Shown here: one piece after another, positions 20,008-30,464 of the stretch
Numbering within the stretch: position 1 is the stretch's first letter
How the letters are laid out: each line of letters begins with the position of its first letter
Origin: Polyangiales bacterium
GTDB taxonomy: Bacteria > Myxococcota_A > Polyangia > Polyangiales > Polyangiaceae
Reading direction: 5' to 3'
Assembly: GCA_038231275.1 (NCBI GenBank)
Contig: JBBRLQ010000016.1
Span: 146,749 to 210,748 of the forward strand
Length of the DNA stretch: 64,000 nt
Notes under the pieces: model-generated
Told to the model about the DNA's origin: nothing
What the model saw: only the letters and a program-made list of their open reading frames with translations
Databases searched by the model: none
Position numbers and translations under genes: made by a program

Positions 20008-21366
20008 ATGACGTTCCCCCGAGCCGCCGTCCACGCGGCGACGCTCCTACTTGCGCTCGCGGTCGGAGGCATCGCGCGCGCCGAGACGCCGTCCGCGACG
20101 GGCGCGACGTTCACTCCGCGCGCTGCGCTCGATCTCCCGTCGATGATGCAGCTCGTCGCGCGACGGTCGGCGGCGGTGCAGGCCGAAATCCTCAACCGCG
20201 AGCTGGCATCGGCCGAGGTTCGCCAGTCGCACCTCCTCGGCAACCCGACGGTCGACGCGACGTGGGGCACGATCCCCCTCGGCGAGACGAACCCGCCGCA
20301 CTTGGGCTCGCCGCTGACGTCGGTGCCGAGCTACGGCGTCGGGCTCGCCTATACGTTTCCGCTCGGCAAGCGCGGCCCTCGTCAGGAGCGTGCCGCGGCG
20401 TTGGAGGAGAGCGCCCGCTCGGGAGTGACGGCGACGGCTCGTGCGCAGGCGCTCGACTTGGCGCGCATCCTCGGTACGGCCGCGGTCGCGGGGCTGCGCG
20501 TCGAAGGGCTCGGCGGTCTCGTCGCGCAAGAGCGCGGGAGCATCGCGCTGGCAGAGAGCAGACTGTCCGGCGGGTTCGGCACGCCGCTGGACGTCGATCG
20601 GCTGAGGATCGAGCTCAATCGCACGGAGCAGCAGGTGCTCGACAACGAAGGGGACTACCGCGACGCGCTCACAGCGTGCGCCAGCCTCCTGGGCCAGCGG
20701 TGCGAGGCGTTTCCGAGCAGCGACGAAGCGCGCGAGTTCCTCGTCGCGTGGGTGAAGCGCGCGGAGGGCATCGACGGGAGAGGCGCCGCGCTCGAGACGC
20801 GACCGGACGTGCGCGCGCTGGAAGCGGCGGGCCGCGCGGCGATCGCCGAGGGCTCGTTCGCCTCCGCGCAGGCGCTCCCCGATCCGACCGTGCGCCTGGG
20901 GTACGTGTACGACCAGTTCGTCGCGTCCGGGAATCAGGCGCACTCGCTGAATCTGTCGCTCCAGTTCCCGTTGCCACTGTTCGACCACGGGCAAGCGCTG
21001 CGCGACGCGGCCGACGCTCGGCGGAGACGCCTGGGAACGCAGCGCGAGCGCGTGCTCACGGTCGCTAGGGTTCGGCTCACCGTGCTCCGGGACCTCCTCG
21101 ATGTCCGCGAACGAAGACAGGAAGTGATCGTCATGCAGATGCTGCCGCGCGCGCGAACCGTCGTGAGCGATCTCGAGAAGGCCGCCGCCACACGCCTGAT
21201 CCCGCTCACCGATGTCATCCAGGCCCGTCGAACGCTGAGCGAGGTCTTGCTGCAAGAGGCGGAGAGCTATGGCGACGCGTTCCAGGTCGCCGTGAACCTC
21301 GTCGAAGAGTCGGCCTCCGGCGTCGCCGACGTCGATCCGCGCGCGACCCGTGCGGGTGCGCCGTGA
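20008..21366 (+). CDS. czcC: TolC/CzcC-family outer-membrane efflux protein
   Basis: Signal peptide; OEP motifs (GKRG.R, RPDV, PLPLFDHGQ); first gene of an RND operon. Confidence 0.8.
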   Translation: MTFPRAAVHAATLLLALAVGGIARAETPSATGATFTPRAALDLPSMMQLVARRSAAVQAEILNRELASAEVRQSHLLGNPTVDATWGTIPLGETNPPHLGSPLTSVPSYGVGLAYTFPLGKRGPRQERAAALEESARSGVTATARAQALDLARILGTAAVAGLRVEGLGGLVAQERGSIALAESRLSGGFGTPLDVDRLRIELNRTEQQVLDNEGDYRDALTACASLLGQRCEAFPSSDEAREFLVAWVKRAEGIDGRGAALETRPDVRALEAAGRAAIAEGSFASAQALPDPTVRLGYVYDQFVASGNQAHSLNLSLQFPLPLFDHGQALRDAADARRRRLGTQRERVLTVARVRLTVLRDLLDVRERRQEVIVMQMLPRARTVVSDLEKAAATRLIPLTDVIQARRTLSEVLLQEAESYGDAFQVAVNLVEESASGVADVDPRATRAGAP

Positions 21367-22523
21367 CCGGCAAGCGCGGACGCAAGGGTTTCGCGCTCGG
21401 CGTGATCGCCGGCTCGGTGGTGACGGGCCTTGTCACGGTGCTCGTCCTCCCGAAGCTCCTGCACGTGACGCCGCCCGGCCCCGCGCCCGCGTTCTCCGTC
21501 GACGGCGACTCGGTGCACCTGAAGCCCAAGGCGGTGCCCATGAGCTTCGAGACGGCGCGCGCCGAGCTCGGCCCCCCGCTCGCGCGAAACCCCGTCACGG
21601 CGCGCGTCGCGACCATCGAGTCGCGCACCGCCCCGAGCTTCGCGCCGCTCGACGGCCGCGTCATCCAGCTCGCGGTCCACGTCGGCGATCACGCAAAGCA
21701 AGGCGACAAGCTCGTCCTCGTCCGCAGCGGAGACCTTGCGTCCATGCAGCGCGATCTGCGCGCCGCGCAGCTCTCGATCCGCACCAAGCAAGCGCTCGCC
21801 GATCGCTTGAAAATCCTCGTCGATGCGCGCGCAGCGTCGCGCAACGATCTCCTCGTCGCCGAGAGCGAGCTCAGCGAGGCGAACCTGTCCGCCTCCGCCG
21901 CCGGCGCCAAGCTGTCGTCGCTCAGCGTGAAGCAAGAGGACGAAACCAGCTACTGGGTCCTTGCGACGCGCTCCGGCACGGTCGTGCAGCTGGATGCCGC
22001 GCCGGGCAAGCAGGTCGGGCCCGACAAGGACAAACCGATCGCGACCGTCGCCGATCTCGACGAGGTCCTGGTCGTCGGCGACGTGCCGCAGAAGGAGGCC
22101 GGCTCTGTCAGCGTCGGCATGGAGGTCCTCATCACCGTCCCCGGCGTCGCCGGGCAAGAGGCGATGAAGGGGCGCGTCGAGGTCGTGTCCGACGTCCTCG
22201 ACTCCGAGCGTCAGACCGTCCCCATCCGCATCAAGGTCGCCAACATCGGGCATCGTCTCCGCCCCAACGAGTTCGTGCAGGCGTCGTTCGCGCCGCCGGC
22301 CGCCGACGAGGTCTTGAAGGTCGCCACCGAGGCGGTCGTCAGCGACGGCGCGATCTCCGTCGTCTTCGTCGAGGTCACCCCGGGCGTCTTGCGCCGGCGC
22401 CCCGTCAAGCTCGGACGCCAGAACCGCCAGCAGACCGAGATCCTCGCGGGCCTCGTCGCAGGCGAGCGCGTCGTCGTGCGCGGCGCGCTCCTCTTGCTCA
22501 ACGCCGTCGACGTGAAGGGCTGA
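21363..22523 (+). CDS. czcB: RND periplasmic adaptor (CzcB-like)
   Basis: APLDGRV...VGD, TVADLDEV, RRPVKLG...GL.AGERVV..GA; GTGA overlap with the upstream gene. Confidence 0.85.
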   Translation: MTGKRGRKGFALGVIAGSVVTGLVTVLVLPKLLHVTPPGPAPAFSVDGDSVHLKPKAVPMSFETARAELGPPLARNPVTARVATIESRTAPSFAPLDGRVIQLAVHVGDHAKQGDKLVLVRSGDLASMQRDLRAAQLSIRTKQALADRLKILVDARAASRNDLLVAESELSEANLSASAAGAKLSSLSVKQEDETSYWVLATRSGTVVQLDAAPGKQVGPDKDKPIATVADLDEVLVVGDVPQKEAGSVSVGMEVLITVPGVAGQEAMKGRVEVVSDVLDSERQTVPIRIKVANIGHRLRPNEFVQASFAPPAADEVLKVATEAVVSDGAISVVFVEVTPGVLRRRPVKLGRQNRQQTEILAGLVAGERVVVRGALLLLNAVDVKG

Positions 22524-22526
22524 TCG

Positions 22527-25500
22527 ATGTTCGAGGCGATCGCGGACGCATGCCTGAAGCACCGGCTCGGCGTCCTCGTGGGCACGCTCATCCTCTCCTT
22601 GTGGGGGGTGTGGGCGTACCTCGGCCTCACGATCGAAGCGTTCCCCGATCCGACCGACACGCAGGTGCAGGTCATCACGCGCTCGGCCGGCCAGCCCGCC
22701 GAGGAGATGGAGCGCCAGGTCTCGATCCCCATCGAGCGCGCCGTCAACGGGATGCCCGGTCTCTTCCGCGTTCGCAGCATCAACCTCTTCGGCCTCTCGT
22801 ACATCACCCTCACCTTCCGCGACGGCGTCGACGCCTATTTCGCGCGCGCGCAGACGATCGAGCGGCTGCGGCTGGTCGATCTCCCGGAGGGCGTGCGCCC
22901 CGAGCTCGGCTCGCACTCGACGCCGATCGGCGAGATTTACCGGTACACGCTGAAGTCGGAGACGAACGATCCGCTGGAGCTCCGCACGCTCGAGGACTGG
23001 GTCGCGCGCCCGCGCCTCCTGCAGGTCGACGGTGTCGCCGACGTGATCAGCTACGGCGGCCTCATCCGCGAAATCCAGGTGCGCCCCGATCCCGTCGCGA
23101 TGGCCGCGAAGCGCCTCACGATGGGCGACCTCGAGGACGCGCTCAAGCACGCGTCGATCAACGCATCGGGCGGCGTCCTCGAGCGGGGCGCCGAGCAGCT
23201 GGTGATCCGCAGCGAGGGGCTCTTCCAGAGCGTCGCGGAGATCGGCAGCGTCGCGGTGGCCTCGCGCAGTGGAACGCCGATCTTCCTCTCGGAGGTCGCG
23301 TCGGTGCACGTCGGGTGGATGCCGCGCCAAGGCATCGTCGGTCGCGGCGAAGAGCACGACGTCGTCCAGGGCATCATCCTCATGCGCCGCGGCGAGAACC
23401 CTACGGCGGTCCTCGAGCGCGTGCGTGAGAAGGTCGACCAGTTGAACCACGAGGCGCTCCCCAAGGGCACCAAGCTCGAGGTCTTTTACGATCGCACCGA
23501 GCTCGTCTCCAAGACGCTGTCGACCGTCGGCAAGAACCTCCTCGAAGGCGCGGCGCTCGTCACCATCGTGCTCTTCGTCTTCCTGCTCGACATCCGCGCC
23601 GCGCTGATGGTCGCGACCCTCATCCCGCTCTCGCTCATGTGCGCCTTCGTGTACTTACGGTCGCGGGGCATGGCGGCGAACCTGCTCTCGATGGGGGCCG
23701 TCGATTTCGGCGTCATCGTCGACGGCGCGGTGGTCGTGGTCGAGGCGATCGCCGTGCGGATGGTCGGGCTTGAGCACGTACCACCGGCAAACCACGAGAG
23801 CGAGGTCGGCGAAAGGATCCGGCGCGCGGTGAAGGACGTCGCACGCCCGACGTTCTTCGCGCTCCTCATCATCATGGCGGCGTACCTCCCCATCTTCCTG
23901 CTGGAGCGCGTCGAGGGGCGCATCTTCGCGCCGATGGCCCACACTGTGGTCGCGGCGCTCGGCGGCGGCCTCGTCTTCTCGGTCACGCTCATTCCCGTCC
24001 TCGCGACGTTCGCGTACCGAAAGCCGAGGCCGCACCACGAGTCACCCATCCTCGTCGCCGCGAGCCGCGCGTACCTCCCTACCCTGCGCGCGGCGCTTCG
24101 GCGTCCGGCGCTCGTCATCGGCGTCGCGGTCGTCGCGCTCGTCGCGTCGGTGCGCCTCCTCGGCACGCTTGGCAGCGAATTTTTGCCGGAGCTCAACGAA
24201 GGCGCGATGTACCTCACGTTCACGCTGCCCGCGAACACGTCGCTCAACGAAGGGCGCCGAATGGAGCCGGTGCTCGCGGAGATCATCGACCGGTTCCCGC
24301 AGGTCCAGTCGCGCATCAGTCAGCTCGGAAGGCCGGAGGACGGGACCGATCCGAAGCTCGCCAACAACCTCGAGTTCTTCGTCAAGTTGCGGCCCGCAGA
24401 GGAGTGGCCCAAGGACACGCCGACCCTCGGCGCGCTCATGACGAAGATGAACGACGCGATGAGCACCATCCCGGGCGTCGAGGTCAATTTCTCCCAGCCG
24501 ATCCGCGACAACGTCAACGAGAGCATCGCGGGCCAACAGGGGCAGGTGGCGCTGAAGATCTTCTCGAACGACATGGCGGAGCTCAAAATCGCGTCGGATC
24601 AGGCAAAATCAGCCCTCGCCGCGGTGTCCGGCATCGCCGATCTCGGGATCGTGAAGAGCGGCGTGCAGCCGCAAGTGAAGGTGAAGCCGAAGCGCGATCA
24701 GCTCGGGCGCTTCGGCCTCACGATGCGCGACGTGCAGGCGTTCCTCGCGACGGCGCTCGGCGGCAGCGCGGTCGCCACGATCTGGGAGGGCGATCGCTCC
24801 TTCGACATCGTGCTCCGCCTCCCCGACGCGTCGCGCGACACGGTCGAACAGCTCGAGGCGCTCCGCATCCCGACGCAGAGCGGCGCCTTGGTCCCGCTCG
24901 GCTCGGTCGCGGACGTCACCGTCGGGTACGGCCTCGCCGCCATCAACCGCGAGAACGCGCAGCGCTACGTCGGCATCCGCATGAACGTGCGCGGCCGCGA
25001 CCTCGGCGGCTTCGTCGACGACGCGCGCAAAGCCGTCGAAGCGAAGGTCGAGAAGAAGGCCGGCATGACGCTCGAGTGGGGCGGCGAGTTCGAGTCGAAG
25101 GAGCGCGCGATGAAGCGCCTCGAGCTCGTCGTGCCGGTGGCGCTCCTCATCACGTTCGGCCTCCTCTTCAACGCGTTTCGCTCTGTGTCGCTGGCGGTGC
25201 TCGTCCTCCTGAACGTGCCCTTCGCGCTGGTCGGCGGCGCGGTGGGTCTCTGGCTCTTCGAGATGCCGGTGTCGATCGCCGCGGCGGTCGGCTTCATCGC
25301 GCTCGTCGGCCAGGCGGCGCTCAACGGCGTGCTCGTTCTTTCGGCGGTGGAGGCGCGGCGTCTCGAGGGGTGGTCGCTCGACGAAGCGATCGTCCACGGC
25401 GCCAACGATCGCCTGCGCGCCGTGCTCATGACCGCCGCCCTCGCGGCGCTGGGCCTCATTCCCGCGGCGATCTCGCGCGCGATCGGCTCGGAGATGCAGC

Positions 25501-25727
25501 GACCGATGGCGGTCGTCATCGTCGGCGGTACCGTCTCGGCGGCGACGCTGACGTTGATCGTGTTGCCGGTGATGTACCGCGCCGCGATGCCGTTCCTGAA
25601 ACGCATGGGGACGCTCGCCGAGGTCCCCGATCTCAAGACGATCCCTCCTCCGCCCGTCGTCGCGACCGATCTCGACGCGTCCGACGCGCCGGATGCGCAC
25701 GACGCTCCGGTGACCAAGCATGGATGA
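22527..25727 (+). CDS. czcA: CzcA-type heavy-metal RND permease
   Basis: IEAFPD, SMGAVDFGVIVDGAVVVVE (divalent-cation HME type), GSEFLPELNEG, RLRAVLMTA. Confidence 0.9.
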   Translation: MFEAIADACLKHRLGVLVGTLILSLWGVWAYLGLTIEAFPDPTDTQVQVITRSAGQPAEEMERQVSIPIERAVNGMPGLFRVRSINLFGLSYITLTFRDGVDAYFARAQTIERLRLVDLPEGVRPELGSHSTPIGEIYRYTLKSETNDPLELRTLEDWVARPRLLQVDGVADVISYGGLIREIQVRPDPVAMAAKRLTMGDLEDALKHASINASGGVLERGAEQLVIRSEGLFQSVAEIGSVAVASRSGTPIFLSEVASVHVGWMPRQGIVGRGEEHDVVQGIILMRRGENPTAVLERVREKVDQLNHEALPKGTKLEVFYDRTELVSKTLSTVGKNLLEGAALVTIVLFVFLLDIRAALMVATLIPLSLMCAFVYLRSRGMAANLLSMGAVDFGVIVDGAVVVVEAIAVRMVGLEHVPPANHESEVGERIRRAVKDVARPTFFALLIIMAAYLPIFLLERVEGRIFAPMAHTVVAALGGGLVFSVTLIPVLATFAYRKPRPHHESPILVAASRAYLPTLRAALRRPALVIGVAVVALVASVRLLGTLGSEFLPELNEGAMYLTFTLPANTSLNEGRRMEPVLAEIIDRFPQVQSRISQLGRPEDGTDPKLANNLEFFVKLRPAEEWPKDTPTLGALMTKMNDAMSTIPGVEVNFSQPIRDNVNESIAGQQGQVALKIFSNDMAELKIASDQAKSALAAVSGIADLGIVKSGVQPQVKVKPKRDQLGRFGLTMRDVQAFLATALGGSAVATIWEGDRSFDIVLRLPDASRDTVEQLEALRIPTQSGALVPLGSVADVTVGYGLAAINRENAQRYVGIRMNVRGRDLGGFVDDARKAVEAKVEKKAGMTLEWGGEFESKERAMKRLELVVPVALLITFGLLFNAFRSVSLAVLVLLNVPFALVGGAVGLWLFEMPVSIAAAVGFIALVGQAALNGVLVLSAVEARRLEGWSLDEAIVHGANDRLRAVLMTAALAALGLIPAAISRAIGSEMQRPMAVVIVGGTVSAATLTLIVLPVMYRAAMPFLKRMGTLAEVPDLKTIPPPPVVATDLDASDAPDAHDAPVTKHG

Positions 25728-26127
25728 GCGCATGAATCCTCCCCACGACACGCCCAGCTACGAGCTCTCGCAGGAGCAAAACGTCGACATGCGCAGCATC
25801 GGCACACACGCGATCGTGTGGGGCGGGGTCTGCGGAGCCGTGGCCGTTTTGTGCCTCGCGCTCAGCGTCGCGGGCGCCGCCGGCAAGCTCCATGGTCCGG
25901 GGTGGCGGCTCTACGCGCCGATTGGCGCCGTCAACGCGATCCTCGCCATCAACTTCGTGATCGCAGGCCGTGATTTTCGCGCGGCGATTCACCGTCCGGG
26001 CTGCGACATCACGCACGTGATGGCCGGCCTCTCGCACCTCTCTCGCGCGGTGCAGGTGCAAATCGTCGTGGCGCTGGTGTTCGTCGCGGTCGTCACCGCC
26101 GCGACGCTGTTCTTCGGAGGCTCGTGA
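25720..26127 (+). CDS. small membrane protein (YE[LF]SxxQN family)
   Basis: 3 TM helices; paralog of the next gene; overlaps the czcA stop. Confidence 0.65.
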   Translation: MDERMNPPHDTPSYELSQEQNVDMRSIGTHAIVWGGVCGAVAVLCLALSVAGAAGKLHGPGWRLYAPIGAVNAILAINFVIAGRDFRAAIHRPGCDITHVMAGLSHLSRAVQVQIVVALVFVAVVTAATLFFGGS

Positions 26128-26504
26128 CCATGGCCGAGTACGAGTTCTCCTCCGGCCAGAACGAGGTCGTCGAGCGCTTCGGGAGGCGCGCGCAGAGGCT
26201 CGGGGCGATCTCCACCGCCGGAGGATCGCTGTGTTTGCTCGCCGCGGTCCTCGGGATCCGCATCGAGGCCGACGCGTCGCGCATCCTCCTCTTCCTCCTC
26301 GCGTCGCTGCCGCAGCTCTCGGTCGGGCTGTCGTTCCTCGGCGCCGGACGCGATCTCGTCGGCGTCGTGGAGACGCAAGGTCATGACGTGACGCTGCTCA
26401 TGGACGCGATGCGAAACCTCGCCGTGGCGTTGCGCGTCCAGATCGCCATGACCGTGGTTTTCCTGGTGCTCGTGGCGGCGGTGGCGTTGGGCGTCTTGGC
26501 GTGA
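26124..26504 (+). CDS. small membrane protein (YE[LF]SxxQN family)
   Basis: YEFSSGQN and GRD...G.DVT.LM.A motifs shared with the upstream paralog. Confidence 0.7.
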   Translation: MTMAEYEFSSGQNEVVERFGRRAQRLGAISTAGGSLCLLAAVLGIRIEADASRILLFLLASLPQLSVGLSFLGAGRDLVGVVETQGHDVTLLMDAMRNLAVALRVQIAMTVVFLVLVAAVALGVLA

Positions 26505-26527
26505 GCGCGCCTTCGGGCGCGCGGTGA

Positions 26528-27436
26528 TCACGAAGACGGGCACGCGAGAGGCGGGAGCGTGTCGGCGTTGGCGCCGCGGGCGACACGAGCGGCGCGCTCG
26601 AGAACGTCGCGATGGACGTCGATCCGCGTGAGGCGAGTGAACGCGGACGTGCCGCGGCTGACGACGCCGACGACGGTGCCGTCGCGCGCGATCGCAGGAC
26701 CGCCCGAGTCACCGTGCTCGGCTCCGACGAAGAGGAAGGTCTCTCCTCCGCCGATGCCGCTCAGCGTGCCGCCGTCGTGCGTGCGGCGATGGTCGGCGCC
26801 ACCGTAGCCAACGAGGATCACCGTCTCGCCCTCGGCGGGCGCGGCGTCGACGCGAGGACGCAGGACCGGCGCGCCCGGGATCTCGCGATCGAGGACGAGC
26901 GCCGCGAGATCCGCGCCGCCGCTTCTGCCGTCGAACGGACAGCCCGGCGTGACGATCGCACCGACGCGCGCGCTTCCCCATAAAACACCGTCGGGCGCGA
27001 GCTCCACCGAGAGCTCCCGCGCGCCGAGCTCGACGCGACGGACAGGGTCCCCCTCGTGGCTCATCACGCAGTGACGCGCGGTGAGGACGACGCGCGACGC
27101 GACGAGCACGCCCGAGCAACGCCCGGCGCCAGAGAGCACGTGGACGACGGCGTCCTCCTCGTGGCGCAGACCGAGTGCCTGCGCGAGCGGCACGCGCCCA
27201 GGCACGAGCACCTCATGCTCGGTCGCGGCGGGGAGATTCGGCGTCGCGGAATGCCGTCCGATGAGGGTCTCCTCGAAGGGAAACGTGAGGGCGATTCCCA
27301 TCGCCGTCGCCGGGCGCGCGTTCGGCTCCGCGCCTACCGTGGTCACGGGGCTGAGGGGCCCAATCGTCGGGCGTCCAGCGCACCCGAGCCCGCCGAAGCC
27401 GAGCGCGAGCAGCATGCCGAGAGCGTACCTGCCCAT
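26528..27436 (-). CDS. trypsin-like serine protease lipoprotein
   Basis: SD AAGGAGG; CSGVLV..VLTARHC, DLAAL and GDSGGP catalytic-triad motifs. Confidence 0.85.
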   Translation of the reverse strand: MGRYALGMLLALGFGGLGCAGRPTIGPLSPVTTVGAEPNARPATAMGIALTFPFEETLIGRHSATPNLPAATEHEVLVPGRVPLAQALGLRHEEDAVVHVLSGAGRCSGVLVASRVVLTARHCVMSHEGDPVRRVELGARELSVELAPDGVLWGSARVGAIVTPGCPFDGRSGGADLAALVLDREIPGAPVLRPRVDAAPAEGETVILVGYGGADHRRTHDGGTLSGIGGGETFLFVGAEHGDSGGPAIARDGTVVGVVSRGTSAFTRLTRIDVHRDVLERAARVARGANADTLPPLACPSS

Positions 27437-27605
27437 CCCCGCCTCCTTCGGTGATCCCACTCCAAGAAGCGGGCCGGGATCGTCGGCGACGCTTGATCCA
27501 GGGCTTGTCGCAGGCAACACCGAAGGAGCGGGATCATCAGGCCCCACCGCGCGCCGCGCCCCGGGGCGTTTCGCGCTCGAGGGTGGTAGGGTCTCGGCCG
27601 ACGTC

Positions 27606-28925
27606 ATGCGAATCCCGCTCCGCCGCCTCCTCCTCGCCTCGCTCGTCTCGCTCGTCACCGCGTGCGCCGATGCTCCCCCACCGCCGCCGCGCGCGCCCAA
27701 CCCGGCCCGTCAGCTCGGCGCCGAGAACGAAGCCCCCACCGCCGTCGTCGAGCGCGCGCGAGCCCTCCACGCCGCGTCGATCGTCGTCGACACCCACGAC
27801 GACATCACCTCCAAAATCCTCGACGGCGGGTTCGACCTCGGCAAGCCCGACGGCAAGGCGAGCACCGATCTGCCGAAAATGAAGGCGGGCGGCATCACCG
27901 CCGAATTTTTCTCGATCTACGTGGACGCCGACATCAAGAACCACGCACGCCGCGCGCTCGACATGATCGACATCACCTACCAGCAGATCGAGCGCCACTC
28001 CGACCTGCTCTTCCTCGCCACTACCGCGGAGGACATCCGCCGCGCGAAGCGGGACGGCAAGATCGCCATCTTGATGGGAATCGAAGGCGGGCACGCCATC
28101 GAGAACTCGCTCTACGCGCTGCGCAACTTCTATCGGCTCGGCGTCCGCTACATGACCCTCACGCACACCAACACCAACGACTGGGCAGACTCGGCGGGCG
28201 GCTTCGGCAAGCCCGCGGAGGTGCGCCACCATGGGCTCTCTCCGTTCGGCGAGGAGGTCGTGCGCGAGATGCAGCGCATCGGGATGCTCGTCGACGTGAG
28301 CCACGTCTCCGACGAGACGTTCGAGGACGTCGCGCGGGTCGCCGTTGCGCCGATCATCGCGTCGCACTCATCTGCGCGCGCGATCGCGGCGAATCCTCGC
28401 AACCTCACGGACGATCAGCTCCGCGCCATCGCGAAGAACGGCGGCGTTGCGATGGTGAACTTCTACCCCGGCTTCATCGACCCCAAGCGCATCGCCGCCG
28501 ACGTCGCGTTTTTCAAGAAGCACGCCGACGAGATCAAGACGGTCCGTGAGACCTACAAGGACGATCACGCCAAGATGTACGAGGAGCTCGGCAAGATCAT
28601 GAGGGCGAACGCGCCTCCGCCGACGCCGCTGTCGGTGCTCATCGATCACATCGACCACGTGGCGAAGGTCGCGGGCATCGATCACGTCGGCCTGGGGAGC
28701 GACTTCGACGGCGTGCCATCCCTCCCCGAAGGCCTCGGCGGAATCGACGGCCTCCCCAAAATTACGCTCGAGCTCGTCAAGCGCGGGTACAAGGACGAGG
28801 ACGTGAAGAAGGTGCTGGGGGAGAATTTCTTGCGCGTGCTCGCCGCGGCGGAGGCACATGCAAAAGAGACGAAGACGACCCTCTCCGGCGATGGCAGCAC
28901 GAAGAAGCTGACCACCGGGAACTAG
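27606..28925 (+). CDS. membrane dipeptidase (peptidase M19) lipoprotein
   Basis: VDTHDD, GIEGGH, YMTLTH, DVSH, ASHS, GLGSDFDG, LGENFLRV. Confidence 0.92.
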   Translation: MRIPLRRLLLASLVSLVTACADAPPPPPRAPNPARQLGAENEAPTAVVERARALHAASIVVDTHDDITSKILDGGFDLGKPDGKASTDLPKMKAGGITAEFFSIYVDADIKNHARRALDMIDITYQQIERHSDLLFLATTAEDIRRAKRDGKIAILMGIEGGHAIENSLYALRNFYRLGVRYMTLTHTNTNDWADSAGGFGKPAEVRHHGLSPFGEEVVREMQRIGMLVDVSHVSDETFEDVARVAVAPIIASHSSARAIAANPRNLTDDQLRAIAKNGGVAMVNFYPGFIDPKRIAADVAFFKKHADEIKTVRETYKDDHAKMYEELGKIMRANAPPPTPLSVLIDHIDHVAKVAGIDHVGLGSDFDGVPSLPEGLGGIDGLPKITLELVKRGYKDEDVKKVLGENFLRVLAAAEAHAKETKTTLSGDGSTKKLTTGN

Positions 28926-28946
28926 CCAAGCCTTCTTGCAGTCGCG

Positions 28947-29828
28947 GTGTCACACTTCATGGGCGCGCACCGATCTCCACGCGAGGCTTCGTTGACCAAG
29001 AGCGATCGTGCACTCTCGACCGTCACGATGGCGCTCTTGGCGTGCTTGGTGGTCGCGTGCGCGGATCGGAAGGCCGAGGCGACACGGACCGGTGCCCCGA
29101 TCTCTTCGGCATCGGCGGCATCGGCGGTGACGGACGCGACGGCACCGACTGCGGCCAGCGCGGCGGCTCACACGGAAGACCCTGCTCCCTCGCCGCCGCC
29201 GCCCGCACACGTAGAGGCGCTCGCCGTGCCTGGCGATCTCCCCGCGTCGATCGTTCGGCGAATGGAAGGTGCTCCGCCGCGCGTCGTCTTCCTGCCCGGC
29301 ATCTGCTCGAACGCGGCAGCGTACCTCACGGCGTTTCCCGAGGCGGCGGCGCGCGCGGGCGGCGTCATCGCGATCGACGGGGACCAACCGTGCCGCGGCG
29401 CGCCGGGCTTTCGCACGTTCACGTTCGACGTCGACAAGCAGCACAAGCGCATCGAGGCCGCCCTCGGGGCGAGCGGCCTCTCGACGATCCCGGACGAAGG
29501 CGTCACGGTCGTCGGCTACTCGCAGGGCGCGGCGATCCTCGAGTTTCTCGCGCATCGGTACCCGAAGCGGTACGCGCGCATCGTCATCATCGCGCCGCCG
29601 TCGGATCCGTCTCCCGGCCATTTTGCTGCCACGCGAGGTGTCGTCACGATGTCGTGCTCCAACGACGTACCGCAGCGCATGAAGGCGGCGTCGAAGGGCA
29701 TCGCCGCGATCGGAGTACCGTCGACCTATCTGGAAATGCCGGGCTGCACGCACGGGAACATCGCGGACGGCGAGGCGACGTTCGATGGCGCGTTTACGTG
29801 GCTCGACGATCACGCGCGCGCGCCGTAG
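28947..29828 (+). CDS. alpha/beta hydrolase lipoprotein
   Basis: GYSQG nucleophile elbow and GCTHG. The start may be downstream, around 28992-29028. Confidence 0.75.
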   Translation: MSHFMGAHRSPREASLTKSDRALSTVTMALLACLVVACADRKAEATRTGAPISSASAASAVTDATAPTAASAAAHTEDPAPSPPPPAHVEALAVPGDLPASIVRRMEGAPPRVVFLPGICSNAAAYLTAFPEAAARAGGVIAIDGDQPCRGAPGFRTFTFDVDKQHKRIEAALGASGLSTIPDEGVTVVGYSQGAAILEFLAHRYPKRYARIVIIAPPSDPSPGHFAATRGVVTMSCSNDVPQRMKAASKGIAAIGVPSTYLEMPGCTHGNIADGEATFDGAFTWLDDHARAP

Positions 29829-29840
29829 CGATCGCGAGCG

Positions 29841-30443
29841 TCACCGTGTGCGGAACCGAACGGCCTTCGCGGTGAGGGTCGTCCCCTTGCCTTCGCCCCC
29901 CTCGCCGTGCTCGAACTCGACCTCGACGAGGAGATCGGCGTGGGCGGAGCGCGCTTTGTCGAGCAGCACCTGGAACGCGTGCTCTTCGCCGCCCATGTCG
30001 CCCTTGACCTCGAGCTTGCTGATCACGTCGTACGCGCGCCCCTTGACGAGATCGTTGCAGCGCACGGCCATGCCGGCCAGGTGCGTCGGCTCCTTTCCGC
30101 CCTCGCCGTGCTCGAACTCGACATGGATGACGGCGTCGGCGCCGAGCTTTGCGGCGCGGCGCTTCAGCGTCTCCAGCGCCTGGTCGGTGCTCTCCATTTT
30201 CCTGTGCACGTCGACCGGACCGAGCGCCTCCACGGGGCAGCCGATGTCGGCGGTCTGCATGACCTTGATCTTCGCGGCCCTCGCGACCGTCACCGGATCG
30301 TCGGGCACGCTCTCGTCTTCGTCGTGATCGGCGCCCGCGCTGCCCGCGCCATGCTCGTCGCCCTCGGTCGCCGCCGGCTTTTGCGGCTGGCATCCGACCA
30401 TGACCATCGAGCACGCGAGCAGCGAGATGAGAATCCGTCGCAT
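29841..30443 (-). CDS. lipoprotein with two YbjQ-like domains (copy B1)
   Basis: Lipobox MVGC; AAKLGADAVIHVEFEHGE motif with a second degenerate copy; paralog at 53081. Confidence 0.8.
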   Translation of the reverse strand: MRRILISLLACSMVMVGCQPQKPAATEGDEHGAGSAGADHDEDESVPDDPVTVARAAKIKVMQTADIGCPVEALGPVDVHRKMESTDQALETLKRRAAKLGADAVIHVEFEHGEGGKEPTHLAGMAVRCNDLVKGRAYDVISKLEVKGDMGGEEHAFQVLLDKARSAHADLLVEVEFEHGEGGEGKGTTLTAKAVRFRTR

Positions 30444-30464
30444 GGCAGTCTCCTTCTTTTCGTT

